NCBI GenBank assembly: GCA_963695345.1
Contig: OY968769.1
Location: 1,408,001 to 1,472,000, forward strand
Reading direction: 5' to 3'
Length of the DNA: 64,000 nt
Source: an uncultured Methanomassiliicoccales archaeon
GTDB lineage: Archaea > Thermoplasmatota > Thermoplasmata > Methanomassiliicoccales > UBA472
Position 1 is the stretch's first letter. Every line of letters begins with the position of its first letter. The notes beneath the pieces are model-generated. The model did no database searches. It worked only from the letters and a program-made list of their open reading frames with translations, and was not told the origin of the DNA. Made by a program: the position numbers and the translations under genes. Shown here one piece after another: positions 10,042 through 20,299 of the stretch.

Positions 10042-11335
10042 TGCCTTTGCCTATCCCGAGATAGGTCATGCCATTCCGCAGTGCGTCGTTCTGATTGAAC
10101 AGGTTGCGCCCGTCGACCATGGCCGGTGTGCGCATGAGCCGTTTCACCTTCTGCAGATCGAGCGTGCGGTAGGCGGTATGGTCGGTCACGAAGATGACGC
10201 AATCCGCTCCGGCCAGCGCCACTTCCAGGTCTCGGGTCATTTCGACCTTGTAAGGGTTCTTGACGAAGGGGTCGTGCACAATGAGCTCACATTCATTCTC
10301 CAGGTCATCGATTATCTTGATGGCCGGCGATTCTCTCACGTCATCTGAATCGCGGAGGAAGGCCAATCCCATGATCGCCACTTTGGGCCGGGCGGAATCG
10401 ACATTCGCCTTGAGCATGACCGTTCTGGCGAGATCTGCCATGTGATGCGGCATCGATTCATTGATCGTCCTTGCATCGGGGATGACCTTGGCTGTATTGT
10501 CAGGAACTCCGCTCAGGAGCAGCCAGGAATCCTTGGGAAGGCAATGGCCGCCGACCCCGGAACCAGGAATATGCATGTCCCGGGAGGGGCACGTGTTCAC
10601 CAATCTGCGCACCTCGAACGCGTCCGCCCCGAGCTTCTCGCAGAGGAGGGCAACCTCGTTCGCGAACGCGATCTGAACGTCACGATAGGCATTCTCGGCG
10701 GTCTTGGATATCTCGGCGGAAAGCAGGTCGGAAGGATGGATCTCCGCCTGGACGATACGGGAATAGAAATAGGCCCCTTTCTTGATCGACTCTGAATCGA
10801 ATCCGCCCAGGACCCGCTCCACTTTCCTCATGTTGTTGAGCAGCTTCCCCGGCATGACCCTCTCGGGGCAATGGCATAGCAGGAAATCCCTACCGACCCG
10901 GAGACCGCTCTCCTTTTCCAGGATGGGGATGACGACGTTCCTCATCGTTCCTGGAGGTAACGTCGATTCTATGGAGATGAGCGACCCCTTCTTCATCGAT
11001 CGGCCTACCGTGGTGACCGCTGACCTGAGTATGTCCAGCTTGGGTTTCTTGTCCTTGTCGATGGGCGTGTCCACACAAACGAACACGGCGTCGCACCCGG
11101 CGAGGTCATCAGGTTTTGCCGATGCCCGGAGACCGCCAGCAAGTATGACCTTCTTGAGCAGTTCAGGCAAGCCTGGTTCTTCCCCCACGATGGGGCACTT
11201 GCCGGAATTGATCATGTCCACACGGGCCTTGTCAACATCTATTCCAGTCGTCTTGAACCCGCTCTCCGCCAAAACACAAGCCAGCGGAAGGCCGACGTAT
11301 CCGATCCCGACCACCGCGACCTTTTCGTTCGCCAT
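10034..11335 (-). CDS. wecC: UDP-N-acetylhexosamine 6-dehydrogenase (WecC/WbpA family)
   Basis: GIGYVGLP, CPERVMPG, ENAYRDVQIAFANE, GVGGHCLPKD and DVRESP motifs. Confidence 0.9.
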   Translation of the reverse strand: MANEKVAVVGIGYVGLPLACVLAESGFKTTGIDVDKARVDMINSGKCPIVGEEPGLPELLKKVILAGGLRASAKPDDLAGCDAVFVCVDTPIDKDKKPKLDILRSAVTTVGRSMKKGSLISIESTLPPGTMRNVVIPILEKESGLRVGRDFLLCHCPERVMPGKLLNNMRKVERVLGGFDSESIKKGAYFYSRIVQAEIHPSDLLSAEISKTAENAYRDVQIAFANEVALLCEKLGADAFEVRRLVNTCPSRDMHIPGSGVGGHCLPKDSWLLLSGVPDNTAKVIPDARTINESMPHHMADLARTVMLKANVDSARPKVAIMGLAFLRDSDDVRESPAIKIIDDLENECELIVHDPFVKNPYKVEMTRDLEVALAGADCVIFVTDHTAYRTLDLQKVKRLMRTPAMVDGRNLFNQNDALRNGMTYLGIGKGTI

Positions 11336-11468
11336 CGGGGGAAGAAACGTGACTATTGTCTTAAGGATTCCGACAAGAACTTACGATGACGAACCGAAGT
11401 CTTCCTGGAACAATTACCACAACGTTGATAATCGAACACATGAATCCACGCAACCAAGAAGGCGAGTT

Positions 11469-12407
11469 GTGACATCGATAGGGGTTTACATTCTGTCGTA
11501 CAACCGGCCACATTTTCTCCGGGAGGCCTTGAATTCCGTATTTATGCAACAACGGAAGGCGGATAAGATATTCATCCTGGACAACGGGAGCGATCCGGGG
11601 GTCAAAGAGTCGATAGCCGCCGAGCTGGACAAAGGGGTGATCTGGGTGGGTGCGGACCGCAACCATTCTTCCACCTGGAACCATAACCGGGTATTGGAGC
11701 TCGCCCGAGAGGACCTCTTCTATCTGATGCACGACGATGACCGGCTCCTTCCTGACTTCATTTCCACCCAGGTCGACCTCATGGATAGAAACCCGGAGGT
11801 GATCGCCTCCGGCTGCAATGGCTTCAGGATCGGTCCGAACGGGAAGAGGGATGGCCGGTATGTCCGCGAAAAGGGCGGGAGCAAGGTCGAGAGGTATCCG
11901 GACTCGGCTTCGATGGCCGATCTGTATTCCCGTTCCTACATCCCATTTCCATCGATCGTGTATCGGAACGGGTTTCCTCAGAAGGTCGGATTGGAGGAAC
12001 GGTATGGACAGTTCTCGGACGCCGTTTTCCTGGTCCGATTGGCCGGATTCGGCCAGATCGTTTTCCTGGACGAGGAGCTGATGGAGTACCGGATGCATTC
12101 CGGACAGGACTCCAAAGCCCTGAACGAGGATCTGTATCGGATGAAGGAACAGATCCTGCTCGATTACTCCAAGGATGACGGCCGTTATGCCCAGAAGGTA
12201 AGGAAAAGGGTGAGGGAGAACCAGACCCGGAGGTGGTTGGAAAGGATAGTCTCGGCCGGGGTGTTCCACCGCTCACCGCGGCGGGCCTACGCTCAGCTCC
12301 TGACCACCAGACCTCCGGAGCCGGATTTCCTCGTCGCTTTGTCTGTGATGCTGTTCCCGCAGAGATATCTCCTGAGGTATCTGCACCGTGCCACGAGGGA
12401 CGACTGA
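11469..12407 (+). CDS. Glycosyltransferase family 2
   Basis: ILSYNRP..LREAL, DNGS, HDDD and YRMHSGQ motifs. GTG start inferred. Confidence 0.85.
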   Translation: MTSIGVYILSYNRPHFLREALNSVFMQQRKADKIFILDNGSDPGVKESIAAELDKGVIWVGADRNHSSTWNHNRVLELAREDLFYLMHDDDRLLPDFISTQVDLMDRNPEVIASGCNGFRIGPNGKRDGRYVREKGGSKVERYPDSASMADLYSRSYIPFPSIVYRNGFPQKVGLEERYGQFSDAVFLVRLAGFGQIVFLDEELMEYRMHSGQDSKALNEDLYRMKEQILLDYSKDDGRYAQKVRKRVRENQTRRWLERIVSAGVFHRSPRRAYAQLLTTRPPEPDFLVALSVMLFPQRYLLRYLHRATRDD

Positions 12408-12408
12408 T

Positions 12409-13911
12409 TCAACCCCGAAGCTCAGAAACGATGTATGTCCACATCTTCTTGATGTTGGCGATCTCTAGTAGATAGTTTAGATCGTTCCGTGAGAATTCCC
12501 TGAATATGGTGAGCAGTCCAAAGAACAGGCCGAAGCTCATGACCCCGTACAAGAGAAGGTCGGTGATATGGCTGATCGCGTAGACCGTGCTCAGCAACCA
12601 GAGGATGAGGCCGGAAGAGGCTGCCGCCGCGACATGGACCAGTATCTTGGGGTTTGACCTGGTTCCGGTCAGGTTCCTCACGATCGTTCTGGTGAGCACC
12701 ACGACCGATGCCGTGGTTACGAGGCCAGCGTATGCCGCCCCCATGTAGGAAAGTCCAAACAGCTGCACGCCCAGGATGCTTGTCGGGACCAGCAGAATGA
12801 GCAGGGTCGAGTTGAGCATCAGGCTGAATATCGTTATCTTGAGGTACAGGTCGTTCCGGTTGATGGCGCTCAATTGGGAGATGTATGCCTGGTTGAGCAG
12901 GCCCAATGACGTGGTCATGACCACGATCTGCAGCGGGCCGCCAGCAGCCCCAAAGTTACCGCCCAGCAGAATCGTCGCCGTTGCGAATGGAAAGAGAACG
13001 ATCACAGTTACCACGGGAAGAACGATCATCGAGATGAATCTCTCCGCCTCGGCCGTTTTCGCCCTGATCATGTCCACCCTTCCCTCCGAGTAGAACTTGG
13101 AGAAGAGGGGGAAGGTGATTATGCCGACCCCCGCCCCCACCGTCGACAGGATGGTCATCAGGGACAGTCCCGAGTTGTAAAGCGCCAGATCAACGGTCGT
13201 CCCGAAGAAACCGACCATGATCTTATCCACATTCGCCCACACCACCGTCAGTATGCTGGCTGCCGCCAGCGGTATGGCGAAGCGGATATACGGACGGAAG
13301 AGGGTCGGTTTTTTCCATTTGATGCCGGAACGGTAAAGGAGAAACAGCGAGGTTATGAAAACCGCCGCCGAACCGGTCAAGAAGGCCAAAGCCAGCGAGT
13401 AAACGCTCATTCTGTTGAGGGCTACGAACAGCACGATGGGGACCCGGATTATCGGGTCCATCAATTGGATCATCTGAGATTTCGCCGTTTCCATCCTGGC
13501 GTCAAAGGTGTATATGGCGATGCCCGCCAGATCATAGAGGACATAGTAACCGATGAAAATGATAAGAAGCTGGGCCGAAGTATCTGAGAGGCCTCTGCCC
13601 AGGATAGTGGTGTAAGAGAAAACGATCCCTAGAGTGATAAGCGCCATCAGTCCGGTAAGGATGATCTTTATGGTCGCATAGGTGCTGAAGCAATCATCCA
13701 GGTCTTTGCCCTCGGAGATGCGTTTTACATTGGCGGAATTGAACCCCAGGTCGGACACGCAATTGAACGTTGCCACCAACGCGAAGCTGAAGGTTATGCT
13801 TCCGTATATGTCCGTTCCAAGGTATCTAGTTATGAAGAGGAGGGCGATGAACGACAATATCTGCGAGGAGAACCTTACTATCAAGATCAGCAAAGATTTC
13901 CTGGCAAGCAT
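12409..13911 (-). CDS. Oligosaccharide flippase (Wzx/MOP family)
   Basis: Many TM helices, ITRYLG...YG and DKIMVG motifs, in a glycan cluster. Confidence 0.88.
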   Translation of the reverse strand: MLARKSLLILIVRFSSQILSFIALLFITRYLGTDIYGSITFSFALVATFNCVSDLGFNSANVKRISEGKDLDDCFSTYATIKIILTGLMALITLGIVFSYTTILGRGLSDTSAQLLIIFIGYYVLYDLAGIAIYTFDARMETAKSQMIQLMDPIIRVPIVLFVALNRMSVYSLALAFLTGSAAVFITSLFLLYRSGIKWKKPTLFRPYIRFAIPLAAASILTVVWANVDKIMVGFFGTTVDLALYNSGLSLMTILSTVGAGVGIITFPLFSKFYSEGRVDMIRAKTAEAERFISMIVLPVVTVIVLFPFATATILLGGNFGAAGGPLQIVVMTTSLGLLNQAYISQLSAINRNDLYLKITIFSLMLNSTLLILLVPTSILGVQLFGLSYMGAAYAGLVTTASVVVLTRTIVRNLTGTRSNPKILVHVAAAASSGLILWLLSTVYAISHITDLLLYGVMSFGLFFGLLTIFREFSRNDLNYLLEIANIKKMWTYIVSELRG

Positions 13912-13973
13912 TGGTGTTCCTTTCCGAAGTATCCGATTCAATCATAAGAACCTGCTGATTCCCCACATATTTA

Positions 13974-14921
13974 TCAGTTGGCTGTTCTTTTTATCTTGCG
14001 GGCTATGTCAAAAGCCAAATCATAGACCGAGTTGGGGACGAGCAACATCGGGAGATCCACCAGCCAGTAGCTCGGATACCTCCCGAACAATTGCTCCGTC
14101 TGCGAGATCAGGTCGGAGTCCACCTTCAATCCCTGATGTTTCGCCCAGGGAATATTCCTCGGATATCCTCCCTTGATGACGAAATCGCCCATCCTCTTGA
14201 CCTTCCGAGAATAGCCCAGATCCTCCATGTGGGAAAAGAGGCGTACCAATTTCAGGCCAGTGAACATGAAGTTACCTCCCTTTCCCCAGCGGCCTCCTCC
14301 GTCCTGTTTGATCAGCTCGCGGGCTATCACGTAGCCTGTCCTCCCTTCCCCAGGGACCATCGCCTGGATGGCATACGCGAAATGGATCCATAGACAGCCA
14401 TCGAACCGTTTCATGTCCATGTCCATCCAGGTTCTTCGGTTGACGACATTGCTGGAAAGAAGTCCGTTCTTAAAGCGGTTGGTGGCGAAGAATTGGTTAC
14501 CGTCCTGGCAATGGACGTCCTTGGACAAACCCAGATCGATCGGGTTGGAGAAGTTGACGAAGATCAAAGCCATCCCGGGATCCGTTCGGATCGCGTTCAG
14601 GACCGAGTCCACCGCCCCCTCCTTGAGCGGGTCGTCGTCGGCCATAAGCCAGACGAAACGTCCCGAGGCACGTCGAACGACGTTGTCCACATTGGCATCG
14701 AACCCGATGTTCTGCTCGTTCCTGACATGTCTTACCATGTCGGGATAGCGGGACTGGTACTCCTTCGCTATGGCTGCCGTTTCGTCGGTGGAGGCGTTGT
14801 CGGAGATAAGAATCTCCACTTTCTTCCCCGTTGCCTCGCTGATGATGCTGTCCAATACTTTGGCCAGGTACATTTGGCCATTGTATGTGGCGATTCCGAT
14901 CGTCAGTTCCGGTTCTTCCAT
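13974..14921 (-). CDS. Glycosyltransferase family 2 (RfbV-like)
   Basis: IATYN, ISDNASTD, NIGFDAN and WLMADDD motifs. Confidence 0.88.
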   Translation of the reverse strand: MEEPELTIGIATYNGQMYLAKVLDSIISEATGKKVEILISDNASTDETAAIAKEYQSRYPDMVRHVRNEQNIGFDANVDNVVRRASGRFVWLMADDDPLKEGAVDSVLNAIRTDPGMALIFVNFSNPIDLGLSKDVHCQDGNQFFATNRFKNGLLSSNVVNRRTWMDMDMKRFDGCLWIHFAYAIQAMVPGEGRTGYVIARELIKQDGGGRWGKGGNFMFTGLKLVRLFSHMEDLGYSRKVKRMGDFVIKGGYPRNIPWAKHQGLKVDSDLISQTEQLFGRYPSYWLVDLPMLLVPNSVYDLAFDIARKIKRTAN

Positions 14922-15284
14922 TTAGAATCTCAAACCGGAATTTTGAACGCCAAACAGCATCTTAATCGTTTGCTTTGGGCATACAAGAATCGTATGGTTC
15001 ATCCAGGACAGGTCAGGCAGCTTAATATTAATGCATTAATAATATATTAAATCGGAAAACATGTCATTCTGCACCTGTTCGCCTTTGATGATCGGCGGAC
15101 GCCCATATGACAGCATGTACGCGCAGTTCCTGGTCAAAGAATCTCATTGGCTTCCTGTATCCGTAAAGAACATAGAAGGGATGAAGTATCAAAGAATTAT
15201 TACGCCAGGTCAATGTAATCTAGGGGTGGCTCATGACCGGGCCTCCCAATGCCGCCTGGCATATTGGCGGGACGAGTGCAGAAG

Positions 15285-16274
15285 ATGATTCGCGTCAAAT
15301 TCTCAATGAACGGTTCGAACTTTCCTCTCATCTGGCAGACGCCTGGGGGTAAGGGCATCTGGGGGAACTGCGAGTTCATCTTGGACAGCGACCTGGAGGA
15401 GTGCGACTACTGGTTCGTCTATGAGAACCTGAAGCGGACGGAAACGACGTTGTGCCCGAGGTCGAACGTCATCTTCATCACGGGCGAGCCCCCCGAGGTA
15501 AGGCGTTACAATCCACTTTTCCTGAGGCAGTTCTCCCGGGTGCTTACGTCGCAGCCGATGATACTGCACAGGAACGTGCTCCAGACCCAGACCGGCCTGC
15601 CCTGGTACGTCGGGGTCAAATATCACAAGGAGGAGAGGAGTTTTGATCCGGATCACTCCCGTTCCTACGATGTTCTGAAATCGATAAAGACAGTGAAGAA
15701 GACCAAGATGATGTCGGTCATGACCAGCGACAAGGTTGCGATCAAGGGGCACAGGAAGAGATTGGAATTCGTGCAGAAGCTGGAAAAACGGTTTGGTGAC
15801 CAGATCGATGTGTTCATCACGAACAGGATCAACCTGGAGGATAAATGGGACGCCATCGCCCCATACAAGTACCACGTCTCCATCGAAAACACCGTCTGTC
15901 CAAATTACTGGACGGAAAAACTTGCGGACGCCTATCTCGGTCTGTCCTACCCGGTCTATCACGGGTGTCCCAATCTGGAGGATTATTTCCCGGCCGGTTC
16001 ATTCACCAGGATCGATATCGCCGACTTCGAAGGATCCGCCAAGACCATCGAGGCCATTCTGCAGAAAGATATCTACGCTGAAAGGGAAGGATTGCTCCAG
16101 CAGGCGAAGGACCTGGTCCTTGACAAATACAACCTCTTCGCCTTGATGGCCAGCCAATGCCGGGAGGCAGAGGGCCTGAGGAAGGAGACGGTCACCATCA
16201 AGCCGGAGCTGATAATTCCCCGAAATGGCTTGACCAAAGCCATCCTGGGCAGGATGAGGGCTACGCTTGGTTAG
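15285..16274 (+). CDS. Glycosyltransferase family 10 (fucosyltransferase-like)
   Basis: ITGEPP and YKYHVSIEN....YWTEKLADA....PVYHG, the GT10 signature. Confidence 0.8.
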   Translation: MIRVKFSMNGSNFPLIWQTPGGKGIWGNCEFILDSDLEECDYWFVYENLKRTETTLCPRSNVIFITGEPPEVRRYNPLFLRQFSRVLTSQPMILHRNVLQTQTGLPWYVGVKYHKEERSFDPDHSRSYDVLKSIKTVKKTKMMSVMTSDKVAIKGHRKRLEFVQKLEKRFGDQIDVFITNRINLEDKWDAIAPYKYHVSIENTVCPNYWTEKLADAYLGLSYPVYHGCPNLEDYFPAGSFTRIDIADFEGSAKTIEAILQKDIYAEREGLLQQAKDLVLDKYNLFALMASQCREAEGLRKETVTIKPELIIPRNGLTKAILGRMRATLG

Positions 16275-16417
16275 TGCAATATATCCTCATACTGGATCCG
16301 ATAGGAACGGCAAGACCTTTTTCCTGTCATCGTTCTGCGCCGCCAAATGAGAAAGTCTTTCTATCCTTACTCACCTGGCTTGTCCAATTGAGCAGGTTTC
16401 GTAGGCTGGGGTACTGC

Positions 16418-17356
16418 ATGAGGATTCTGCACTTGGAGAACATTGCGGGGGTGCCCGCCGTCCTAGCGAAGGCCCAGATAGCTTCCGGTAACCAGGCATC
16501 GGTCTTAGAGACCCGCCGTAACCCCTACAATTTCCCCCATGACCTGGAACTGTACTATGGCGGAGTGGGGGTGCTCCGCGACATCAAGAACATCAGGAAG
16601 GTCTCAAGAGCCTGCCTCGGGTACGATCTGGTCCATGTTCACGGAGGGCTCAACCGAAAAAGGCTGGATGTGCTCGCCATGCACCTCATTCACAGGAAGC
16701 CCCTGGTGGTCCACTATCATGGGAGCGAGACCCGCATGGGCTACGGAATGGCCTACCAGTCCATGGTAGATTCCAAGATAGTCTCCCGTCCTGACCTGCT
16801 CAAATGGCATCCCGATGCCGTGTTCATACCAAATCCCATGGAGCCGGTGATGCAAACCCCGTTCGATATCGACGCGATCCCACGGGTGATCCATGTTAGC
16901 AACAACCGGGCCCTCAAGGGCACCGACCTGATAGTGGAGGCGATGAACGAGCTCAGCAGTGAGGGACTGAGGTTCGAGTTCGAGCTGATCGAGAATCAGG
17001 ATAACCAGGCCGTGTTGGGGAAGATGGCCGGGTCCCACATTCTGATCGACCAGGTGATATCCGGAACGGCGGACCTGCCCAGCATCATTGGGATGGTCTC
17101 GCTGGAGGCCATGGCCAGAGGAAAGGCGGTGGTGACAACGTTCGACCCTGAGTTCAGACCTTATTATCCTGATTGCCCAGTGCTCGCCATCGACTATGGA
17201 AAAACCCAGCTCAAGGAGGCGGTGCGGGGCCTGGTAAAGGACCTGGGCCGGGCGAAAGGGCTAGGCGTCCTGGGAATGACATACGTCAATGACCACCATT
17301 CCCCGAAGGTTATCTGTGACAAGGTCCAGAGAGTCTATGAAAAAGTGCTGGAATGA
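16418..17356 (+). CDS. Glycosyltransferase family 4 (GT-B)
   Basis: YDLVHVH, HYHGSE, KGT and SLEAMARGKAV motifs. Confidence 0.83.
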   Translation: MRILHLENIAGVPAVLAKAQIASGNQASVLETRRNPYNFPHDLELYYGGVGVLRDIKNIRKVSRACLGYDLVHVHGGLNRKRLDVLAMHLIHRKPLVVHYHGSETRMGYGMAYQSMVDSKIVSRPDLLKWHPDAVFIPNPMEPVMQTPFDIDAIPRVIHVSNNRALKGTDLIVEAMNELSSEGLRFEFELIENQDNQAVLGKMAGSHILIDQVISGTADLPSIIGMVSLEAMARGKAVVTTFDPEFRPYYPDCPVLAIDYGKTQLKEAVRGLVKDLGRAKGLGVLGMTYVNDHHSPKVICDKVQRVYEKVLE

Positions 17357-17551
17357 TATCCACAATGTGCGGTGAGCCCCTAAAACGTTAATATTGCACG
17401 GTTATTATGGTTGAACCGTTCAAAGTCTCGGTAGTTATGGACGTACCATCGGATCCCGCGAAACCGTTCCCGTGATGGGCATTGGCAGCGGGGTATTGAA
17501 CGCCTGACTATCGTCGCCTTGGACTCTCAGCGCATCAGGGGTTGTTTCACT

Positions 17552-18616
17552 TTGACACGAAGGTTGTTCACGGTAGGGCCGGTCGAGGTCTTCGATGATA
17601 CTTTGAAAGCGATGGACAGGCCAATGATCGTCCACCGCGGTAAGGACTACTCGAACCTGCAGAAAGGCATAGTAGAGAAGCTCCACAAGGCATTGGAAAC
17701 TGATATGGAGATATTCCTGGCACCGGCATCGGCGACAGGCTTCCTGGAGTCCTGCGTGCGCTGCGGCGTCAACAGGAAGATGTGCGGCATAACCAACGGT
17801 TCCTTCGGTGACAGATGGCAGGGCATCGGCACGGCGAACGGGAAGCTGGTCGATAAGATCGACGTGGAATGGGGCAAGGGCATCAAGCCGGAGCACATCA
17901 GGGGCAAGATCATGAAGGACATTGAGGCGGTCACCTTCATCTCCAACGAATCGTCGACCGGCGTTTACAACCAGCCGACCGCCGTCTGCGATGCCATAAG
18001 GGAAGAGGGCGACGCCCTCATATTCGTCGACGGCGTGACCTCGGTGGGAGCGGTCGACCTTAAGATCAAGAAGATGGCGCCGGACGCGCTGGTGTTCGGT
18101 TCCCAGAAGGCATTGGCGCTGCCACCAGGGCTGGCCATCATCGCCTGCAGCGAACGCCTGCTCAAGAAGGCCGAGACCGTCGAGAACCGCGGCTATTACT
18201 TCGACCTGCTGGAGTACAAGAAGTTCGCGGACAAGGACCTCCCGCTCACCACCCCACCGGTATCGCTCATGTTCGGGCTTGACCATCAGCTGGACAAATG
18301 GCTGAGGGAAGGCTCATCCCAACGATACCAACGGCACCAGGAACTGGCTGACACCACGCGCAACTGGGCCATGAAGCGCTTCGGGCTGTACGCGGAACAA
18401 GGGTACCGGTCAAACACCATATCGGTGATTGAGAGCGGCCGCTTCGATTTCGCGACCTTTGACAAGAAGCTCAAGGAGAAGGGCTTCGAGATATCGCCTG
18501 GCTACGGAAAGGTGAAGGAGTCTTCATTCCGTATCGGTCACATGGGCGATCTCACCGTCAAGGACATGAACGACCTAGTGCATGTAATGGATGAGGTCAT
18601 GGAGGGAATGCAATGA
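17552..18616 (+). CDS. Class V aminotransferase (archaeal phosphoserine / serine-pyruvate aminotransferase)
   Basis: LFTVGPVE, NESSTGV, VDGVTS, SQKALALPPG and FRIGHMG motifs; overlaps serA. TTG start inferred. Confidence 0.88.
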   Translation: MTRRLFTVGPVEVFDDTLKAMDRPMIVHRGKDYSNLQKGIVEKLHKALETDMEIFLAPASATGFLESCVRCGVNRKMCGITNGSFGDRWQGIGTANGKLVDKIDVEWGKGIKPEHIRGKIMKDIEAVTFISNESSTGVYNQPTAVCDAIREEGDALIFVDGVTSVGAVDLKIKKMAPDALVFGSQKALALPPGLAIIACSERLLKKAETVENRGYYFDLLEYKKFADKDLPLTTPPVSLMFGLDHQLDKWLREGSSQRYQRHQELADTTRNWAMKRFGLYAEQGYRSNTISVIESGRFDFATFDKKLKEKGFEISPGYGKVKESSFRIGHMGDLTVKDMNDLVHVMDEVMEGMQ

Positions 18617-20226
18617 TGAAACTGCTCGTAACCGACGAACTATCGAAGGAAGGCATCGACATGTTGACCAAGGACGGCGGGGTCCAGGTCGATGTCAAGC
18701 CAAAGATACCGCAGGAGGACCTGTTGAAGATCATTGGCGAGTACGATGCGCTCATCGTCCGCAGCGGCACCAAGGTCACCGCGCAGGTGATCGAGGCGGG
18801 AAAGAAGCTCCGGGTCGTCGGGCGGGCCGGTGTCGGCGTCGACAATGTCGATGTCGAGGCGGCCACTAGGCGCGGCATATTGGTCATGAACACTCCAGCG
18901 GCGAACATAATCTCCGCCTGCGAGCACACCCTGGCCATGATGCTTTCCCTGGCGCGCAATATCCCCTGGGCTGACAAGTCGGTCAAGGAAGGCAAGTGGG
19001 AGAAGAGCAAGTTCATGGGCGTCGAGCTGAGCGGGAAGACGCTCGGCATCATCGGAATCGGCCGTATCGGAGGAGAGGTGGCCAAGCGCGCCAAGGCCTT
19101 CGGCATGAAGCTCATCGGATTCGACCCGTACATTTCCCCCGAGGCGGCCGTCAAGCTCGGTGTACGCCTGATGCCCCTGGACAAGGTCTGCGAAGAGGCT
19201 GATTTCATCACCGTTCATGCCGCCCTGACCCCGACCACCCACAACCTGGTCAGCACCGCCCAGTTCAACATGATGAAGCCGACCGTGATGATCGTCAACT
19301 GCGCCCGCGGCGGGATCATCGACGAGGCCGCCTGGGTCGAGGCGTTGAAGACCAAGCGCATTGCCGGTTCGGCAATAGATGTGTTCGAGCAGGAGCCGCT
19401 GCCCAAGGACTCTCCGTTCCTGGGACTGTCGAACGCCGTGCTGACCCCGCACCTCGGGGCGTCCACCAAGGAGGCCCAGGAGAAGGTATCCATCGAGATG
19501 GCCGAGCATGTCAAGATGTTCCTGGTGGACAACAAGATCACCAACGCCGTCAACGCCCCCATGAGCAAGATCGACCCGAAGGTGGCGCCGTTCATCGGCA
19601 TCGCCGAGAGGCTCGGATCATTCGCCATGCAGCTGGTTGACGGACCGGTCAAGAAGATCGAGGTGGAGGTCCACGGCGAGATCGCGAACATGGACACCCG
19701 GATGGTCACGGTGTCGGCGCTGGTGGGGGTGCTCTCCACGGTCAAGGGAGAGAACACCAACATCATCAACGCCGGTTCCATCGCCCGCGAGATGGGCATA
19801 CAGGTGGTCGAGTCCAAGGTGGACGAGATGACCCACTACGTGAACATGCTCATCGTGAGGGTGTCCTCGGACGGCATCAAGCGCGAAGTGCGCGGCACGG
19901 CATTCCCGGCCAGCGAGCCGAGGCTCATCGGTATCGACGAGTTCGACGTGGATGTCCCGCTCGAAGGAGACTTCGTCATGACCAAGCACCACGACATGCC
20001 CGGGATGATCGGAAAGGTAGGAATGATGCTGGGGAACCGCCACATCAACATCGCCAACATGAACGTCGGCCGGGAGACCAAAGGCGGTCGCGCGATCATG
20101 CTGATGTCGGTCGACGGCGCGGTCGCAAAAGAGGTCCTGGACGAGCTGAGGGCGGAGAAGAACTTCCACGAGGCCCGGTCCGTAACCCTAAGCCATATGC
20201 GGACCCGCGAGTACATGAGCCTCTAA
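18613..20226 (+). CDS. serA: D-3-phosphoglycerate dehydrogenase with ASB and ACT domains
   Basis: GRAGVGVDN, GIGRIG, NCARGG, TPHLGAST and a C-terminal ACT domain. Confidence 0.95.
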   Translation: MMKLLVTDELSKEGIDMLTKDGGVQVDVKPKIPQEDLLKIIGEYDALIVRSGTKVTAQVIEAGKKLRVVGRAGVGVDNVDVEAATRRGILVMNTPAANIISACEHTLAMMLSLARNIPWADKSVKEGKWEKSKFMGVELSGKTLGIIGIGRIGGEVAKRAKAFGMKLIGFDPYISPEAAVKLGVRLMPLDKVCEEADFITVHAALTPTTHNLVSTAQFNMMKPTVMIVNCARGGIIDEAAWVEALKTKRIAGSAIDVFEQEPLPKDSPFLGLSNAVLTPHLGASTKEAQEKVSIEMAEHVKMFLVDNKITNAVNAPMSKIDPKVAPFIGIAERLGSFAMQLVDGPVKKIEVEVHGEIANMDTRMVTVSALVGVLSTVKGENTNIINAGSIAREMGIQVVESKVDEMTHYVNMLIVRVSSDGIKREVRGTAFPASEPRLIGIDEFDVDVPLEGDFVMTKHHDMPGMIGKVGMMLGNRHINIANMNVGRETKGGRAIMLMSVDGAVAKEVLDELRAEKNFHEARSVTLSHMRTREYMSL

Positions 20227-20299
20227 AACCCATTCCGCCCTCCGGGGCGTCCTAATTTTCTGGCCAAGATTAATTACCGTGCGGAGCGTTTCCACCCCA

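Noticed and set aside
10782-11468. Long N-terminal extensions in the ORF track (also 7622, 16157, 34404, 62797)
   Set aside because: They overlap neighbouring real genes; family homology starts at the downstream starts used here.
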